Shown one piece after another: positions 7,992 to 17,793 of a stretch of 35,610 bases of DNA (its first letter is position 1; every line of letters begins with the position of its first letter). Source of the stretch: Alphaproteobacteria bacterium (GTDB lineage Bacteria; Pseudomonadota; Alphaproteobacteria; Rickettsiales; UBA998); assembly GCA_030430795.1 (NCBI GenBank), contig JAUIJX010000001.1, positions 1-35,610 of the forward strand. Reading direction: 5' to 3'. A model generated the notes under the pieces. The model searched no databases, had not been told where the DNA came from, and worked only from the letters and a program-made list of their open reading frames with translations. The position numbers and the translations under genes are program-made.

Positions 7992-9212
7992 ATGGCATTG
8001 CATCACAAATCCCCGTATAAAGGCTGGGTAGGTTGGCTGGATAGCCGTCTGCCGATTATTTATGCAGCGGACAAGGTGGTTGGGCGGCAGCACCCGACGC
8101 CACGTAACCTGAATTACTGGTGGAGTTTCGGTTCCATCGCCGGGCTATGTCTGGTGATCCAGATTCTGACCGGGATTGTGCTGGTGATGCATTACACGCC
8201 ACACGTCAGCATGGCGTTTGACAGTGTGGAACATATTATGCGCGATGTGAATTACGGGTGGCTGCTTCGCTATATTCACGCGGTCGGCGCGTCGATGTTC
8301 TTTATCGTTGTCTATATTCATATTTTCCGCGGATTGTATTACGGATCGTACAAAACACCGCGCGAAGTGCTGTGGTGGCTGGGGGTTATCATTCTCGTGC
8401 TGATGATGGCGACGGCGTTTATGGGATATGTGCTGCCGTGGGGACAAATGAGCTTCTGGGGTGCGACGGTGATTACCAACCTGTTCTCAGCCTTTCCGCT
8501 GATCGGTGAGCCGATCGTGACATGGTTGTGGGGTGGATTCTCGGTTGATAACCCGACGCTGAACCGCTTCTTCTCTCTGCATTATCTGATGCCGTTCCTG
8601 ATTGTCGGTGTGGTGTGCCTGCATATTCTGGCGCTGAATGCATTTGGCTCTAATAACCCGCTGGGCATTGATACCAAAGGTCCGCAGGATGTGATTCCGT
8701 TCCATCCATATTATACGGTGAAAGATTTCGTCGGTTTCGGCGTGTTCTTCATGGTGTTCGCATGGTTCGTGTTCTTCGCGCCGAACTATCTCGGCCATCC
8801 GGATAACTATATTGAGGCGAATCCGATGGTGACGCCGGCGCATATTGTGCCGGAATGGTACTTCCTCCCGTTCTATGCGATCCTGCGTGCGATCCCGGAC
8901 AAGCTGGGCGGCGTGCTGGCGATGTTCTCCGCTATTATCGTGCTGTTCTTCCTGCCGTGGCTGGATTCCTCCAAAGTACGTAGCGGGACGTTCCGCCCTA
9001 TGTTTAAATGGTCGTTCTGGGTTTTCGGGATTGTGTGCATCGGGCTGGGGTATCTTGGCGGGAAACCGGCAGAGGGCGCTTATGTGATGTGGGCGCGTGT
9101 GCTGACAGCATACTACTTCCTGCATTTTCTGGTGATTCTGCCACTGATTGCCAAATATGAAAAACCACTGCCGCTGCCGAAGAGTATCGGTACGCCGGTG
9201 TTGAAGAAATAA
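7992..9212 (+). CDS. petB: Cytochrome b of the bc1 complex
   Basis: Motifs [10 protein letters not shown] and [13 protein letters not shown] are present, with conserved His-containing helices. AAGGAG lies upstream. Confidence 0.95.
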   Translation: MALHHKSPYKGWVGWLDSRLPIIYAADKVVGRQHPTPRNLNYWWSFGSIAGLCLVIQILTGIVLVMHYTPHVSMAFDSVEHIMRDVNYGWLLRYIHAVGASMFFIVVYIHIFRGLYYGSYKTPREVLWWLGVIILVLMMATAFMGYVLPWGQMSFWGATVITNLFSAFPLIGEPIVTWLWGGFSVDNPTLNRFFSLHYLMPFLIVGVVCLHILALNAFGSNNPLGIDTKGPQDVIPFHPYYTVKDFVGFGVFFMVFAWFVFFAPNYLGHPDNYIEANPMVTPAHIVPEWYFLPFYAILRAIPDKLGGVLAMFSAIIVLFFLPWLDSSKVRSGTFRPMFKWSFWVFGIVCIGLGYLGGKPAEGAYVMWARVLTAYYFLHFLVILPLIAKYEKPLPLPKSIGTPVLKK

Positions 9213-9231
9213 AACGATGGAGACACGTTCA

Positions 9232-9984
9232 ATGCGTATCCTGATTGCCGCACTACTGAGTTTAAGTCTTGCCACTCCTGTTTTTGCTGCTGGCGATAGT
9301 GAGCATCCGAAACAGATGCCGTGGTCGTTCGACGGTGTGTTCGGTACGTTTGACCGGCAGTCAGCCCAGCGCGGTCTGCAGGTCTACCGCGAAGTTTGCG
9401 CCGCATGCCATAGCCTGAATCGAGTGGCATTCCGCTCGCTGACCGGTATTGGTTTCAGCGCGGAAGAAGTAAAAGCGCTGGCTTCAGAATATTCCGTGAT
9501 GGACGGGCCGGATGATGAGGGCGAAATGTTCGAGCGCGCCGGTAAACCATCTGATAAATTTGTGCCGCCATATCCGAACGAGAAAGCTGCACGTGCACTG
9601 AATAATGGTGCCTATCCTCCGGATCTCAGTCTGATTATCAAGGCGCGTCCGGATGGAGCAAATTATGTTTATTCTCTGCTGACCGGGTATGAAGACGCAC
9701 CGGCTGACATGCAGATGAATGAAGGCATGAGCTATAATCCATATTTCTCAGGGCAGCAAATTGCCATGGCACCACCGCTGAGCGAAGGGGTGGTTTCATT
9801 TGAAGATGGCACGGAAGCGACTGTCGACCAGATGGCCAAAGATGTTGTGAATTTCCTGCAATGGGCGGCTGAGCCTGAAATGGAAATGCGCAAGAAGATG
9901 GGCGTGAAGGTGATGATCTTCCTGCTGGTGATGACGATATTGTTCTACCTGGCGAAGCAACGTATCTGGCGCAATCTGCACTAA
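9232..9984 (+). CDS. petC: Cytochrome c1 of the bc1 complex
   Basis: It has a signal peptide (MRILIAALLSLSLATPVFAAG), a CAACHSL heme site and a C-terminal TM anchor (VMIFLLVMTILFYLA). GGAGA lies 8 nt upstream of ATG 9232. An alternative in-frame ATG lies at 9217. Confidence 0.9.
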   Translation: MRILIAALLSLSLATPVFAAGDSEHPKQMPWSFDGVFGTFDRQSAQRGLQVYREVCAACHSLNRVAFRSLTGIGFSAEEVKALASEYSVMDGPDDEGEMFERAGKPSDKFVPPYPNEKAARALNNGAYPPDLSLIIKARPDGANYVYSLLTGYEDAPADMQMNEGMSYNPYFSGQQIAMAPPLSEGVVSFEDGTEATVDQMAKDVVNFLQWAAEPEMEMRKKMGVKVMIFLLVMTILFYLAKQRIWRNLH

Positions 9985-10023
9985 ACGCATGACAGTGCGC
10001 ACTCCATCTTTTATGACGGAAAG

Positions 10024-10824
10024 ATGGATACACTAACCCTGCTTCACACACTTCTGCTCGGACTCGTCGAGGGCGTGACCGAATTTCTGCCGGTGTCGTC
10101 CACCGGGCATCTGATTTTGCTGATCGATATACTGGGGTTTGAGGCACCGCCCGGCAAGGTGTTCGAGGTGGTGATCCAGCTCGGCGCGATTGCGGCGATC
10201 TGCTGGCTATACCGGGTGAAATTGTGGCAAGTGACCTGCGGGTTGCCGACAGATGCCAGTGCGCGCAAGTTTGTACTATTGCTGGTGGTAGCTTTTATTC
10301 CGGCAGGCATTGTCGGTGCGACGGCGCATGGCTACATCAAATCGGTGCTGTTTTCTCCGCTGGTGGTCTCGGCGATGCTGGTGGTCGGTGGGGTGGCGAT
10401 TCTTCTGATTGAGAAATATAAACCGGCAGCGAAAACGCATGAAGTGGAATCGCTTAGCTACCGCCAAGCATTGTTGGTGGGATGCTTTCAGGCATTGGCT
10501 GTCATTCCGGGTACGTCGCGCTCCGGGGCGACGATTATGGGTGGGTTGCTGCTGGGGCTGGATCGCAAGCTGGCAGCAGAGTTCTCTTTCTTTCTGGCGA
10601 TTCCGACGATGCTGGGGGCGACGGTTTATGACGTGTATAAGAATGCCGACATGATGACGACAGATGCGATGCAGGTGATTGCTATCGGGTTTGTGACCGC
10701 GTTTGTGGCAGCGTTGCTGTCAATCCGGCTGCTCATGGCGATTATCAGTACGCACGGGTTTGCACCGTTTGCCATTTACCGCATCGTGCTGGGCAGCGTT
10801 ATGCTGTGGATGCTGCTGGCCTGA
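10024..10824 (+). CDS. uppP: Undecaprenyl-diphosphate phosphatase
   Basis: BacA/UppP motifs EGVTEFLPVSSTGHL and PGTSRSGATI are present in a polytopic membrane protein of 266 aa. Confidence 0.93.
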   Translation: MDTLTLLHTLLLGLVEGVTEFLPVSSTGHLILLIDILGFEAPPGKVFEVVIQLGAIAAICWLYRVKLWQVTCGLPTDASARKFVLLLVVAFIPAGIVGATAHGYIKSVLFSPLVVSAMLVVGGVAILLIEKYKPAAKTHEVESLSYRQALLVGCFQALAVIPGTSRSGATIMGGLLLGLDRKLAAEFSFFLAIPTMLGATVYDVYKNADMMTTDAMQVIAIGFVTAFVAALLSIRLLMAIISTHGFAPFAIYRIVLGSVMLWMLLA

Positions 10825-12349
10825 ACCAGGATTTGAGCTCGGCCAGCGCAATGGTTCTGAGCAATATCAACACTCCGAAATAGACGAAACATCCAAGTAT
10901 GACCAACGCTGCTAATGCAGCGATGCGTATGGGTAAACTGCCGTCGAAGAAGATGATGCCGTAACGATAGGCCTGATCAAGCGCCATCGCCATCAGGGCG
11001 GCGGCAATCACCAGTTTTGCGAGCATGATTTTATACGGTACGGGCAGGGACAGGCGGTCGCGACGCAACAGAGCAATACCTAGTAAAAGCGCATTGAGCC
11101 AGCCAGCGATGGAGGTGGCCATAGCCAGTCCGACATGCTGATAATATTGCATGAGGATGAGGTTCAAAATGAGATTGGTCAGCACACCGATGATGGCGAT
11201 TTTGACCGGGGTTTTTGTGTCCTGAGCGGCGTAAAAACAGGCGGCGAAGATCTTCACCAGCAGGAAAGCAGGCAGCCCGATGGCATAGGCGATGAGGGCA
11301 GGGAAGGTGGCCAGACGGTCAGCGGTGGAGAACGCGCCATGCTCGAAAATGACGCGAATGACCGGATCGGCAATCACCATCAGTGCAAAAGCGGAAGGCA
11401 GGCCAAACAGCATAGTGAGAATGATACTGTGGTGCAGGCTGGTGTGAGCGGCCTCATTATCTCCGGCGCTGATTTGTTTGGAGAGTAATGGCAGGAGTGC
11501 GGTGGCGACAGCGATACCGATGACGCCCAGTGGTAGTTCGTAAATGCGATCAGCGTAATAAAGGAAGGAGACGGCGTTACCAAGGTGAGAGGCGAGGATA
11601 ATGTCAATCAGCAGGTTGACCTGCGCGACACCGGCGCCGATGGCCGCCGGGCCAATGAGATAGAGCAACTTCTTGATGTCCGGGGTCATGCGCGGGCGCC
11701 GGAGGGTGGGCATCATACCTTCCTTGCGGCAGAACCAGACCAGCCAGACGAACTGGGTGATGCCTGCCAGCACGACACCATAAGCCAGCCCGTAGGCTGC
11801 GCCGGTATACGGGGCGATGCAGAGGATGCCGACGATCAGCGACAGGTTCAGCATAATCGGGGTGGCGGCAACGGCGGCGAATTTACCGAGGCTGTTCAGA
11901 ATGCCGCTCAGCAAGCAGACCAGCGAGATAAACAGGATATACGGGAAGGTGATGCGGGTCAGAGCGACGGTGAGGTCGAACTTATCCGGGTCGTCAGCGA
12001 AGCCAGGGGCGAGCACCAGCATGATCCACGGCATCAGCAGAATAGCGACAACGGTCACAATAATCAGGATCATGATGAGATAGGCGTATGTTTCGGAGGC
12101 GAAATGTAGCGATGTTTTCCTGCCTTCGGTTTTTAGCATGCCCGCGAACATCGGCAGGAACGCAGAGTTGAAAGCCCCCTCCGCAAACAGGCGGCGCATG
12201 AAATTAGGTAATTTGAAGGCAATGAAGAAAGCATCCGTTTGGGCGCCGGCGCCGAGCACATAGGCGATCAACATATCGCGGACGAAACCGAAGACCCGGG
12301 AAAGGAGGGTCAGACTGCCGACAATGGCCGAAGAGGTAAATAGCGACAT
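10799..12349 (-). CDS. murJ: Lipid II flippase MurJ
   Basis: Motifs SRVFGFVRDMLIAYVLGAG and DAFFIAFKLPNFMRRLFAEGAF are present in a ~14-TM MOP-family protein. I prefer ATG 12349 (MSLFTSS) over the GTG at 12358. Confidence 0.92.
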   Translation of the reverse strand: MSLFTSSAIVGSLTLLSRVFGFVRDMLIAYVLGAGAQTDAFFIAFKLPNFMRRLFAEGAFNSAFLPMFAGMLKTEGRKTSLHFASETYAYLIMILIIVTVVAILLMPWIMLVLAPGFADDPDKFDLTVALTRITFPYILFISLVCLLSGILNSLGKFAAVAATPIMLNLSLIVGILCIAPYTGAAYGLAYGVVLAGITQFVWLVWFCRKEGMMPTLRRPRMTPDIKKLLYLIGPAAIGAGVAQVNLLIDIILASHLGNAVSFLYYADRIYELPLGVIGIAVATALLPLLSKQISAGDNEAAHTSLHHSIILTMLFGLPSAFALMVIADPVIRVIFEHGAFSTADRLATFPALIAYAIGLPAFLLVKIFAACFYAAQDTKTPVKIAIIGVLTNLILNLILMQYYQHVGLAMATSIAGWLNALLLGIALLRRDRLSLPVPYKIMLAKLVIAAALMAMALDQAYRYGIIFFDGSLPIRIAALAALVILGCFVYFGVLILLRTIALAELKSWFRPAASTA

Positions 12350-12455
12350 ACGCCCCACGTGGTTTCGGTTTTTCGTGTATTTGTCGCGCCATTATGCGCA
12401 TTTCGTTGACAGTTATACCGGGTGCAGGTATCTCGTACCAGAGGCGATTTTACTT

Positions 12456-13418
12456 ATGGATGTGATGATATCGTTAGTTCAGGTGATTGGTGGGCTGGTC
12501 CTGCTGGTTGCCGGTGGTGAGTCGCTGGTACGCGGAGCGGTTGGTTTTGCCAATGCGCTAGGCGTTCCGGCGCTGGTGATCGGTCTGACGATCGTGTCCT
12601 TTGGGACATCGGCACCGGAAATGGTGATTAGCCTACAAGCCGTTCTTACAGGGCATCCTGATATTTCTCTCGGTAATATTATCGGTAGCAACATTGCCAA
12701 TATCCTGCTGGTTCTGGGGGCGACGGCGATTGTCTATCCGATTGCGGTGGACGCCAAGCTGGTGAGGCGCGATACCCCGCTGATGCTGGGGGCGACCGTG
12801 CTGTTTATGTTCTTTTGTAACGGTGGCATGCTGGCGCGCTATGAGGCGACGATCTTTCTGATTATCATTGTACTGTATACGTTGCATATTTTCCGTTCCG
12901 TGAAGCGTGGCGATGAGGCCGAGCTGGCGGAAGAGCTGGAAGAGGGTACCAGTGTGGAGATGTCGATCTGGAAAGCGGGTATTTTTATCGGCACCGGGGC
13001 GTTATTACTGATTCTTGGTTCCGATGTGCTGGTGGATGGCTCGGTGACACTGGCGCGCACTATCGGTGTGCCGGAAGCGGTCATCGGGCTGACAATTCTG
13101 GCGGTTGGCTCGTCCGCGCCGGAAATGGTGACCTGTCTGGTGGCAGCGTATCGCAAGCATGCGGATATCGCACTCGGCAATATCGTCGGCAGTAACCTGT
13201 TCAATATTACAGTGATTGGCGGTACGGCAGCGATGGTGAAACCCATTCCGGTGGCCGATCAGTTTATTCAGACCGACAACTGGATTATGCTCGGTGTGAC
13301 GATGGTGTTGATCTCGTTCATGCTGACCGGGCGTAAGATTACGCGGGCAGAAGGTGTGATTCTTTTCACGGGATATGTTGCCTACTCGGGCTGGCTGTAC
13401 TATAACAGCCTCGCTTAA
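12456..13418 (+). CDS. CaCA-family cation/Ca2+ exchanger (YrbG-like)
   Basis: It has two alpha-repeats, GTSAPEMVISL...GNIIGSNIANIL and GSSAPEMVTCL...GNIVGSNLFNI, separated by an acidic loop. The start is set at ATG 12456 (MDVMISLVQV). Confidence 0.85.
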   Translation: MDVMISLVQVIGGLVLLVAGGESLVRGAVGFANALGVPALVIGLTIVSFGTSAPEMVISLQAVLTGHPDISLGNIIGSNIANILLVLGATAIVYPIAVDAKLVRRDTPLMLGATVLFMFFCNGGMLARYEATIFLIIIVLYTLHIFRSVKRGDEAELAEELEEGTSVEMSIWKAGIFIGTGALLLILGSDVLVDGSVTLARTIGVPEAVIGLTILAVGSSAPEMVTCLVAAYRKHADIALGNIVGSNLFNITVIGGTAAMVKPIPVADQFIQTDNWIMLGVTMVLISFMLTGRKITRAEGVILFTGYVAYSGWLYYNSLA

Positions 13419-13439
13419 ACATCGATAAAAAATAGTAGT

Positions 13440-14372
13440 ATGCGATTTCCTATCCGTTTTTTCCCTGAGAATACGTCTTTTGGCTTCATGCGCTTCCGCT
13501 GGGTGGGGTTCGTGATTTCTTTTCTTTTGATTGCCGCATCGATCGGCCTGTTCGTAGAGAAAGGGCTGACGCTCGGGATTGATTTTACCGGCGGTGTGCT
13601 GATGGAGATTCGTGCCGAGGAGCCGGTAGAGCTGGCGCCGCTGCGTGAATTACTGGGAAGCGGTGAATTTGGTGAAGTGTCGCTGCAGCATTTCGGTGAT
13701 GAACAGGAAGTGCTGATTCGTATTCAGGCGCAGGAAGAAGCCAGCCAAGCGGAGATCGTGCGTCTGGTGAAAGAGAAATTGAACGGAATGTTCGGTGAAT
13801 CGCTGGATTACAGGAAAGTGGATTTTGTCGGACCGACCGTGGGCGAAGAACTGGTCTATTCGGCGTATTTATCGCTTGGCATCGCGTTTGTGGCGATCCT
13901 GCTTTATGTGTGGTTCCGGTTTGAATGGCAATTCGGGCTGGGGGCGATTATCGCATTGTTCCACGATTCCATCCTGATGGTGGGGTTTTATGTGTATAGC
14001 GGGTTCGACTTCGGGCTGACCTCGGTGGCGGCGATCCTGACGATTATCGGCTATTCGATTAACGACTCGGTGGTGATTTATGACCGTATCCGTGAGAATA
14101 TGCGCAAATTTAAACAGATGGCGTTGCCGGAAATTCTCGACCGCAGTATTAATGAGACATTGTCGCGGACGATCCTGACTGCCGGGACCACGATTATGGC
14201 GGCGGCAGCGCTGGCACTGTTCGGCGGCGAGATCATCAAAGGATTCAGTGTGGCACTGTTGTTCGGCGTGGTGGCGGGGACATATTCTTCCATCTTTATC
14301 TCCGCGCCGGTGCTGCTCTATTTCAATGTCGATTCCCTTGGCGGGGAGTCACAGGCTGCTGCCGAAGCTTAA
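13440..14372 (+). CDS. secF: Protein translocase subunit SecF
   Basis: Motifs LGIDFTGG, HDSILMVGF and IGYSINDSVVIYDRIREN are present. The six-TM topology and 310 aa length fit. Confidence 0.92.
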   Translation: MRFPIRFFPENTSFGFMRFRWVGFVISFLLIAASIGLFVEKGLTLGIDFTGGVLMEIRAEEPVELAPLRELLGSGEFGEVSLQHFGDEQEVLIRIQAQEEASQAEIVRLVKEKLNGMFGESLDYRKVDFVGPTVGEELVYSAYLSLGIAFVAILLYVWFRFEWQFGLGAIIALFHDSILMVGFYVYSGFDFGLTSVAAILTIIGYSINDSVVIYDRIRENMRKFKQMALPEILDRSINETLSRTILTAGTTIMAAAALALFGGEIIKGFSVALLFGVVAGTYSSIFISAPVLLYFNVDSLGGESQAAAEA

Positions 14373-14377
14373 TTTCC

Positions 14378-15322
14378 ATGCAAATTATCCGTGATCTCGC
14401 TTCATTGCCGGCTGACGCCCGCAAAGCAGCGTTGGCGATCGGCAATTTCGACGGGTTGCATCAGGGACACCGGCAGGTGATCCGACACATGCTGGCGATG
14501 GCGAAGGAACATGAAGTGCCGTCGGCGGTGATGACGTTTGAGCCGCATCCGCGCATGTTTTTCGGGCGGCATGATACGCCGATCCGTATTGAGCCGTTTC
14601 ATGTCAAAGCACGGCGGCTCAGGGCAATGCGGGTGGAATATCTGTTCGTGCAGCGGTTTACGGAAGCGTTTTCCCATCTGCATGCCAGCGATTTCGTGCA
14701 GCGGGTTCTGGTTGCGGAGCTGAATGTATCACATGTGGTGACGGGCGGGAATTTCGTCTTCGGTTATCAGCGCAGCGGCGACAGCGATTATCTGCATCGC
14801 TCCGCCGATGAGCACGGGTTCGGGTTTACGCCGGTGCAGCCGTTTATGGTGCATGGGGCGCCGTGTTCGTCCTCGCGTATCCGGCAGCATCTGGCCGGGG
14901 GCGGAATGGAAGAAGTGCGCATGCTGCTGGGGCGGCATTATGAAATGATCGGGCGCGTGGTGCCTGGCGATCAGCGTGGCCGGGAGCTTGGGTTCCCGAC
15001 GGCGAATATTATTCCCGCCGGGTTGGTTGCGCCGGCATACGGCGTCTATGCCGTGCGATTTGCGGAGATGGCGGACGGGCAGATACGCGACGATGCCGTG
15101 TGGCATCCGGGGGTGGCGAATCTCGGTATCCGCCCGACCTTTGCCGGAGAGCAGCCACGGCTGGAGGTGCATGCGCTGGAGGCCAGCCCGGAGCTATATG
15201 GCAAGCGGCTCAGGGTGCAGTTTATTGCTTTTATTCGCCCGGAACAGGTGTTTGACGGGCCGGAACAATTGAAAGCGCAGATTGCGCAGGATGTGGAAAC
15301 CGCGCGGGGGATGCTGACATGA
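14378..15322 (+). CDS. ribF: Bifunctional riboflavin kinase / FMN adenylyltransferase
   Basis: The FAD-synthetase N-terminal motif AIGNFDGLHQGHR is present. The riboflavin kinase part shows GDQRGRELGFPTAN and LEVH. Confidence 0.92.
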   Translation: MQIIRDLASLPADARKAALAIGNFDGLHQGHRQVIRHMLAMAKEHEVPSAVMTFEPHPRMFFGRHDTPIRIEPFHVKARRLRAMRVEYLFVQRFTEAFSHLHASDFVQRVLVAELNVSHVVTGGNFVFGYQRSGDSDYLHRSADEHGFGFTPVQPFMVHGAPCSSSRIRQHLAGGGMEEVRMLLGRHYEMIGRVVPGDQRGRELGFPTANIIPAGLVAPAYGVYAVRFAEMADGQIRDDAVWHPGVANLGIRPTFAGEQPRLEVHALEASPELYGKRLRVQFIAFIRPEQVFDGPEQLKAQIAQDVETARGMLT

Positions 15323-15792
15323 CAGAATGGCAACGGTTACGATTCCCGGTGGCAGTGGGGCTGCTGATGCTGATGGCGGATCAACTTAGCAAGTTATGGC
15401 TGGTGGATATGCTGCTGGCGCGCGGCGAGCCGGTGGATGTGCTGCCGTTTTTCCGGCTGGTGATGGTGTGGAACCGGGGCGTGAGCTTCGGGATGATGGG
15501 CGAGCATGATGCGCGCTGGATGCTGATTATCGGTACGACGCTGGTGGTGCTTGGGCTGTGTTTCTGGCTGTGGCGCGCACGTGATGCCTCGCTGTCACTG
15601 CCGCTTGGGTTGATTATCGGCGGGGCGATTGGGAATATCATCGACCGGGTGCATTACGGCGCCGTGGCTGATTTTTTCGATGTGTTTATCGGGTCGTATC
15701 ACTGGCCGGCGTTTAACATTGCCGACAGCGCAGTGGTGATTGGTGTGCTGCTCTTGCTACTGCGCGAATGGAAACAACGAGGGGATGCTTGA
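15319..15792 (+). CDS. lspA: Lipoprotein signal peptidase (signal peptidase II)
   Basis: Motifs NRGVSFG, GGAIGNIIDR and FNIADSAV are present. It has a 4-bp overlap with ribF (ATGA). Confidence 0.9.
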   Translation: MTEWQRLRFPVAVGLLMLMADQLSKLWLVDMLLARGEPVDVLPFFRLVMVWNRGVSFGMMGEHDARWMLIIGTTLVVLGLCFWLWRARDASLSLPLGLIIGGAIGNIIDRVHYGAVADFFDVFIGSYHWPAFNIADSAVVIGVLLLLLREWKQRGDA

Positions 15793-15822
15793 TTTTCCCG
15801 CTTTATGCACTAGATTAGGGCT

Positions 15823-16431
15823 ATGTTTTACCGACGATTGATAATGGTTTTGATGATCGGGCTGGCAGTTTCGGCCTGTGAGACCAAAGACGTGAAAGAT
15901 ACGCTGGGGCTGAGTCGTACGGCGCCGGATGAATTTCGCGTGGTATCCCGCCCACCGCTGAGCGTGCCGAAAGAGTTTTATCTGACGCCACCTGTAGCCG
16001 GAGGGGAGCGCGGATTTGGGCAGTCTACCGAGACGCAGGCCAAGCAACTGGTGCTGGGTGAGAAAAACGGGGTGATGGAGCTGTCGCTGGAACGGCGTGA
16101 AGCATCGCTGGCGGAAACAGCGGCGCCGGTGGTCTCCAGTGCACCGGCGACATCGACCGGAGAAAGCCAGTTCCTGCAGCGTGCCGGAGCGGAAAAAGCC
16201 GACCCGCAAATTCGTGAGAAAATTTATCAGGAACGCGCCGCTTATGGCGAGGAAGAGCCGGGACTGATTGATCGTCTGCGCGGTGAAGGCAGCGGCGATC
16301 CGGTGGTGAATGCGCAGGAAGAAGCGCAGCGTATCATCACAAACAAAGAAGAAGGCAAGCCAGTGAATGCAGGCGATGTGCCGGTGATCGATCCGAAGCA
16401 GAAAAGTACGATCGAACGTATTTTCGAGTAG
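15823..16431 (+). CDS. Lipoprotein, DUF3035-like
   Basis: It has a lipobox (LAVSAC) and then DTLGLSRTAPDEFRVVSRPPLSVP, which is how I remember the alphaproteobacterial DUF3035 family that follows lspA. The family assignment is from memory only. Confidence 0.65.
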   Translation: MFYRRLIMVLMIGLAVSACETKDVKDTLGLSRTAPDEFRVVSRPPLSVPKEFYLTPPVAGGERGFGQSTETQAKQLVLGEKNGVMELSLERREASLAETAAPVVSSAPATSTGESQFLQRAGAEKADPQIREKIYQERAAYGEEEPGLIDRLRGEGSGDPVVNAQEEAQRIITNKEEGKPVNAGDVPVIDPKQKSTIERIFE

Positions 16432-16434
16432 CCT

Positions 16435-17793
16435 GTGACCTTTTCTTTTATTCGTCCGTTTATGTGGTGTGTGTGCCTGTTTGTGCTGGCCTCACCAGCA
16501 TGGGCAACCGAGGCGCTGAGGGTCTCCGAGTCTTCTCTCGAGAATGGACTGAAAATCGTGGTGGTGGAAGAACACCGCGCGCCAGTGGCCACGCATATGC
16601 TGTGGTTCCGTGTTGGTGCGGCGGATGAAGCTAAGGGTGTGTCCGGGGTGGCGCATTATCTGGAGCATATGTTCTTTAAAGGGACGTCAACAATTCCCGA
16701 GGAAATGTATCTCAAGACGATTGAAAAACGCGGTGGGCAGCATAATGCCTTTACCGGACAGGATTTCACCGCCTATTACATCACGGCGGCGAGTGAGCAT
16801 CTGGAAGATATCATGCGCATTGAATCTGACCGGATGAAAAATCTCAGCCCGCCGGAAAACAGCTACCTGAAAGAGCTCGATGTGATTCTGGAAGAGCGCA
16901 GCGCGCGTATTGACAATCATCCGCAGGCGGTGCTGTCAGAAAAAATGACCAAATTGCTGTTCAATCAGCACCCCTACCATATCCCGATTATCGGCTGGCG
17001 CGATGAGATGGAGAAACTCAGCAAAGACGATGTGATGGGGTTTTATCGCCAGAATTACCATCCGGCTAATGGCGTGCTGGTGGTAGTCGGCGATGTGACA
17101 ATGGATGAAGTGCGGTCGCTGGCCGAAGAATATTACGGTGACTGGGAAGCAAAAACACCGATCAAGCGGCCGTGGATACAGAGCGAACCCGAATGGCAAA
17201 GCGGGACGATTGAGCATCACGATCCGAATGTGAAGCAGGCGAACTGGATTCGCTATTATCCGACACCGGGACTGGTGCAGGGCGATACGTCGCAGGCGTT
17301 CCCGCTGATGTTGCTGGCCGATGTACTGGGTGAAGGCAAGGCAAGCGTGCTGTATCAGGAGTTGGTGCTGGAGCGCAAACTGGCAGTGGCGGCCTCAGCG
17401 TCTTACAGCCCGTTTCAGCTTGGGCCTTCCGTGTTTGCCGTTACGTTGGTGCCAGCGACGGGCGTAGAATTAGATGCGCTGGAAGAGGCGTATGACGAAG
17501 TGATGGCGCAATTTGTGGAGAACCCGATCGATGCCAAGACGCTGGAGCGTGTGGCGAACCGGATGAAGGCGGCGACGATTTTCTCCCGCGACGGGATTCA
17601 GGGACTGGCGTTTATTTTCGGCCAGCTGACGATGCTCGGCAAAGACAATCAATTTTTTGAAGCATGGCCGACAATGATCGGCGAGGTGACGCCGGAAGCG
17701 ATTCAGGCGGCGGCCGCATCTCTGCTCGGTGACAAGCCGCATGTGACCGGTAAGCTGTTGCCACAGAAAGAGGTAAGCAATGCGACACCGTAA
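16435..17793 (+). CDS. M16 (pitrilysin/insulinase) family zinc peptidase, catalytic-type subunit, secreted
   Basis: It has a GTG start, a signal peptide (CLFVLASPAWA) and the inverted zinc motif HxxEH in HYLEHMFFKGT, with a downstream LEER region. Confidence 0.88.
   Translation: MTFSFIRPFMWCVCLFVLASPAWATEALRVSESSLENGLKIVVVEEHRAPVATHMLWFRVGAADEAKGVSGVAHYLEHMFFKGTSTIPEEMYLKTIEKRGGQHNAFTGQDFTAYYITAASEHLEDIMRIESDRMKNLSPPENSYLKELDVILEERSARIDNHPQAVLSEKMTKLLFNQHPYHIPIIGWRDEMEKLSKDDVMGFYRQNYHPANGVLVVVGDVTMDEVRSLAEEYYGDWEAKTPIKRPWIQSEPEWQSGTIEHHDPNVKQANWIRYYPTPGLVQGDTSQAFPLMLLADVLGEGKASVLYQELVLERKLAVAASASYSPFQLGPSVFAVTLVPATGVELDALEEAYDEVMAQFVENPIDAKTLERVANRMKAATIFSRDGIQGLAFIFGQLTMLGKDNQFFEAWPTMIGEVTPEAIQAAAASLLGDKPHVTGKLLPQKEVSNATP

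Noticed and set aside
8487-9275. 262-aa ORF on the minus strand.
   Set aside because: It is antisense to cytochrome b and the start of c1. It is a His/Arg-rich shadow ORF.
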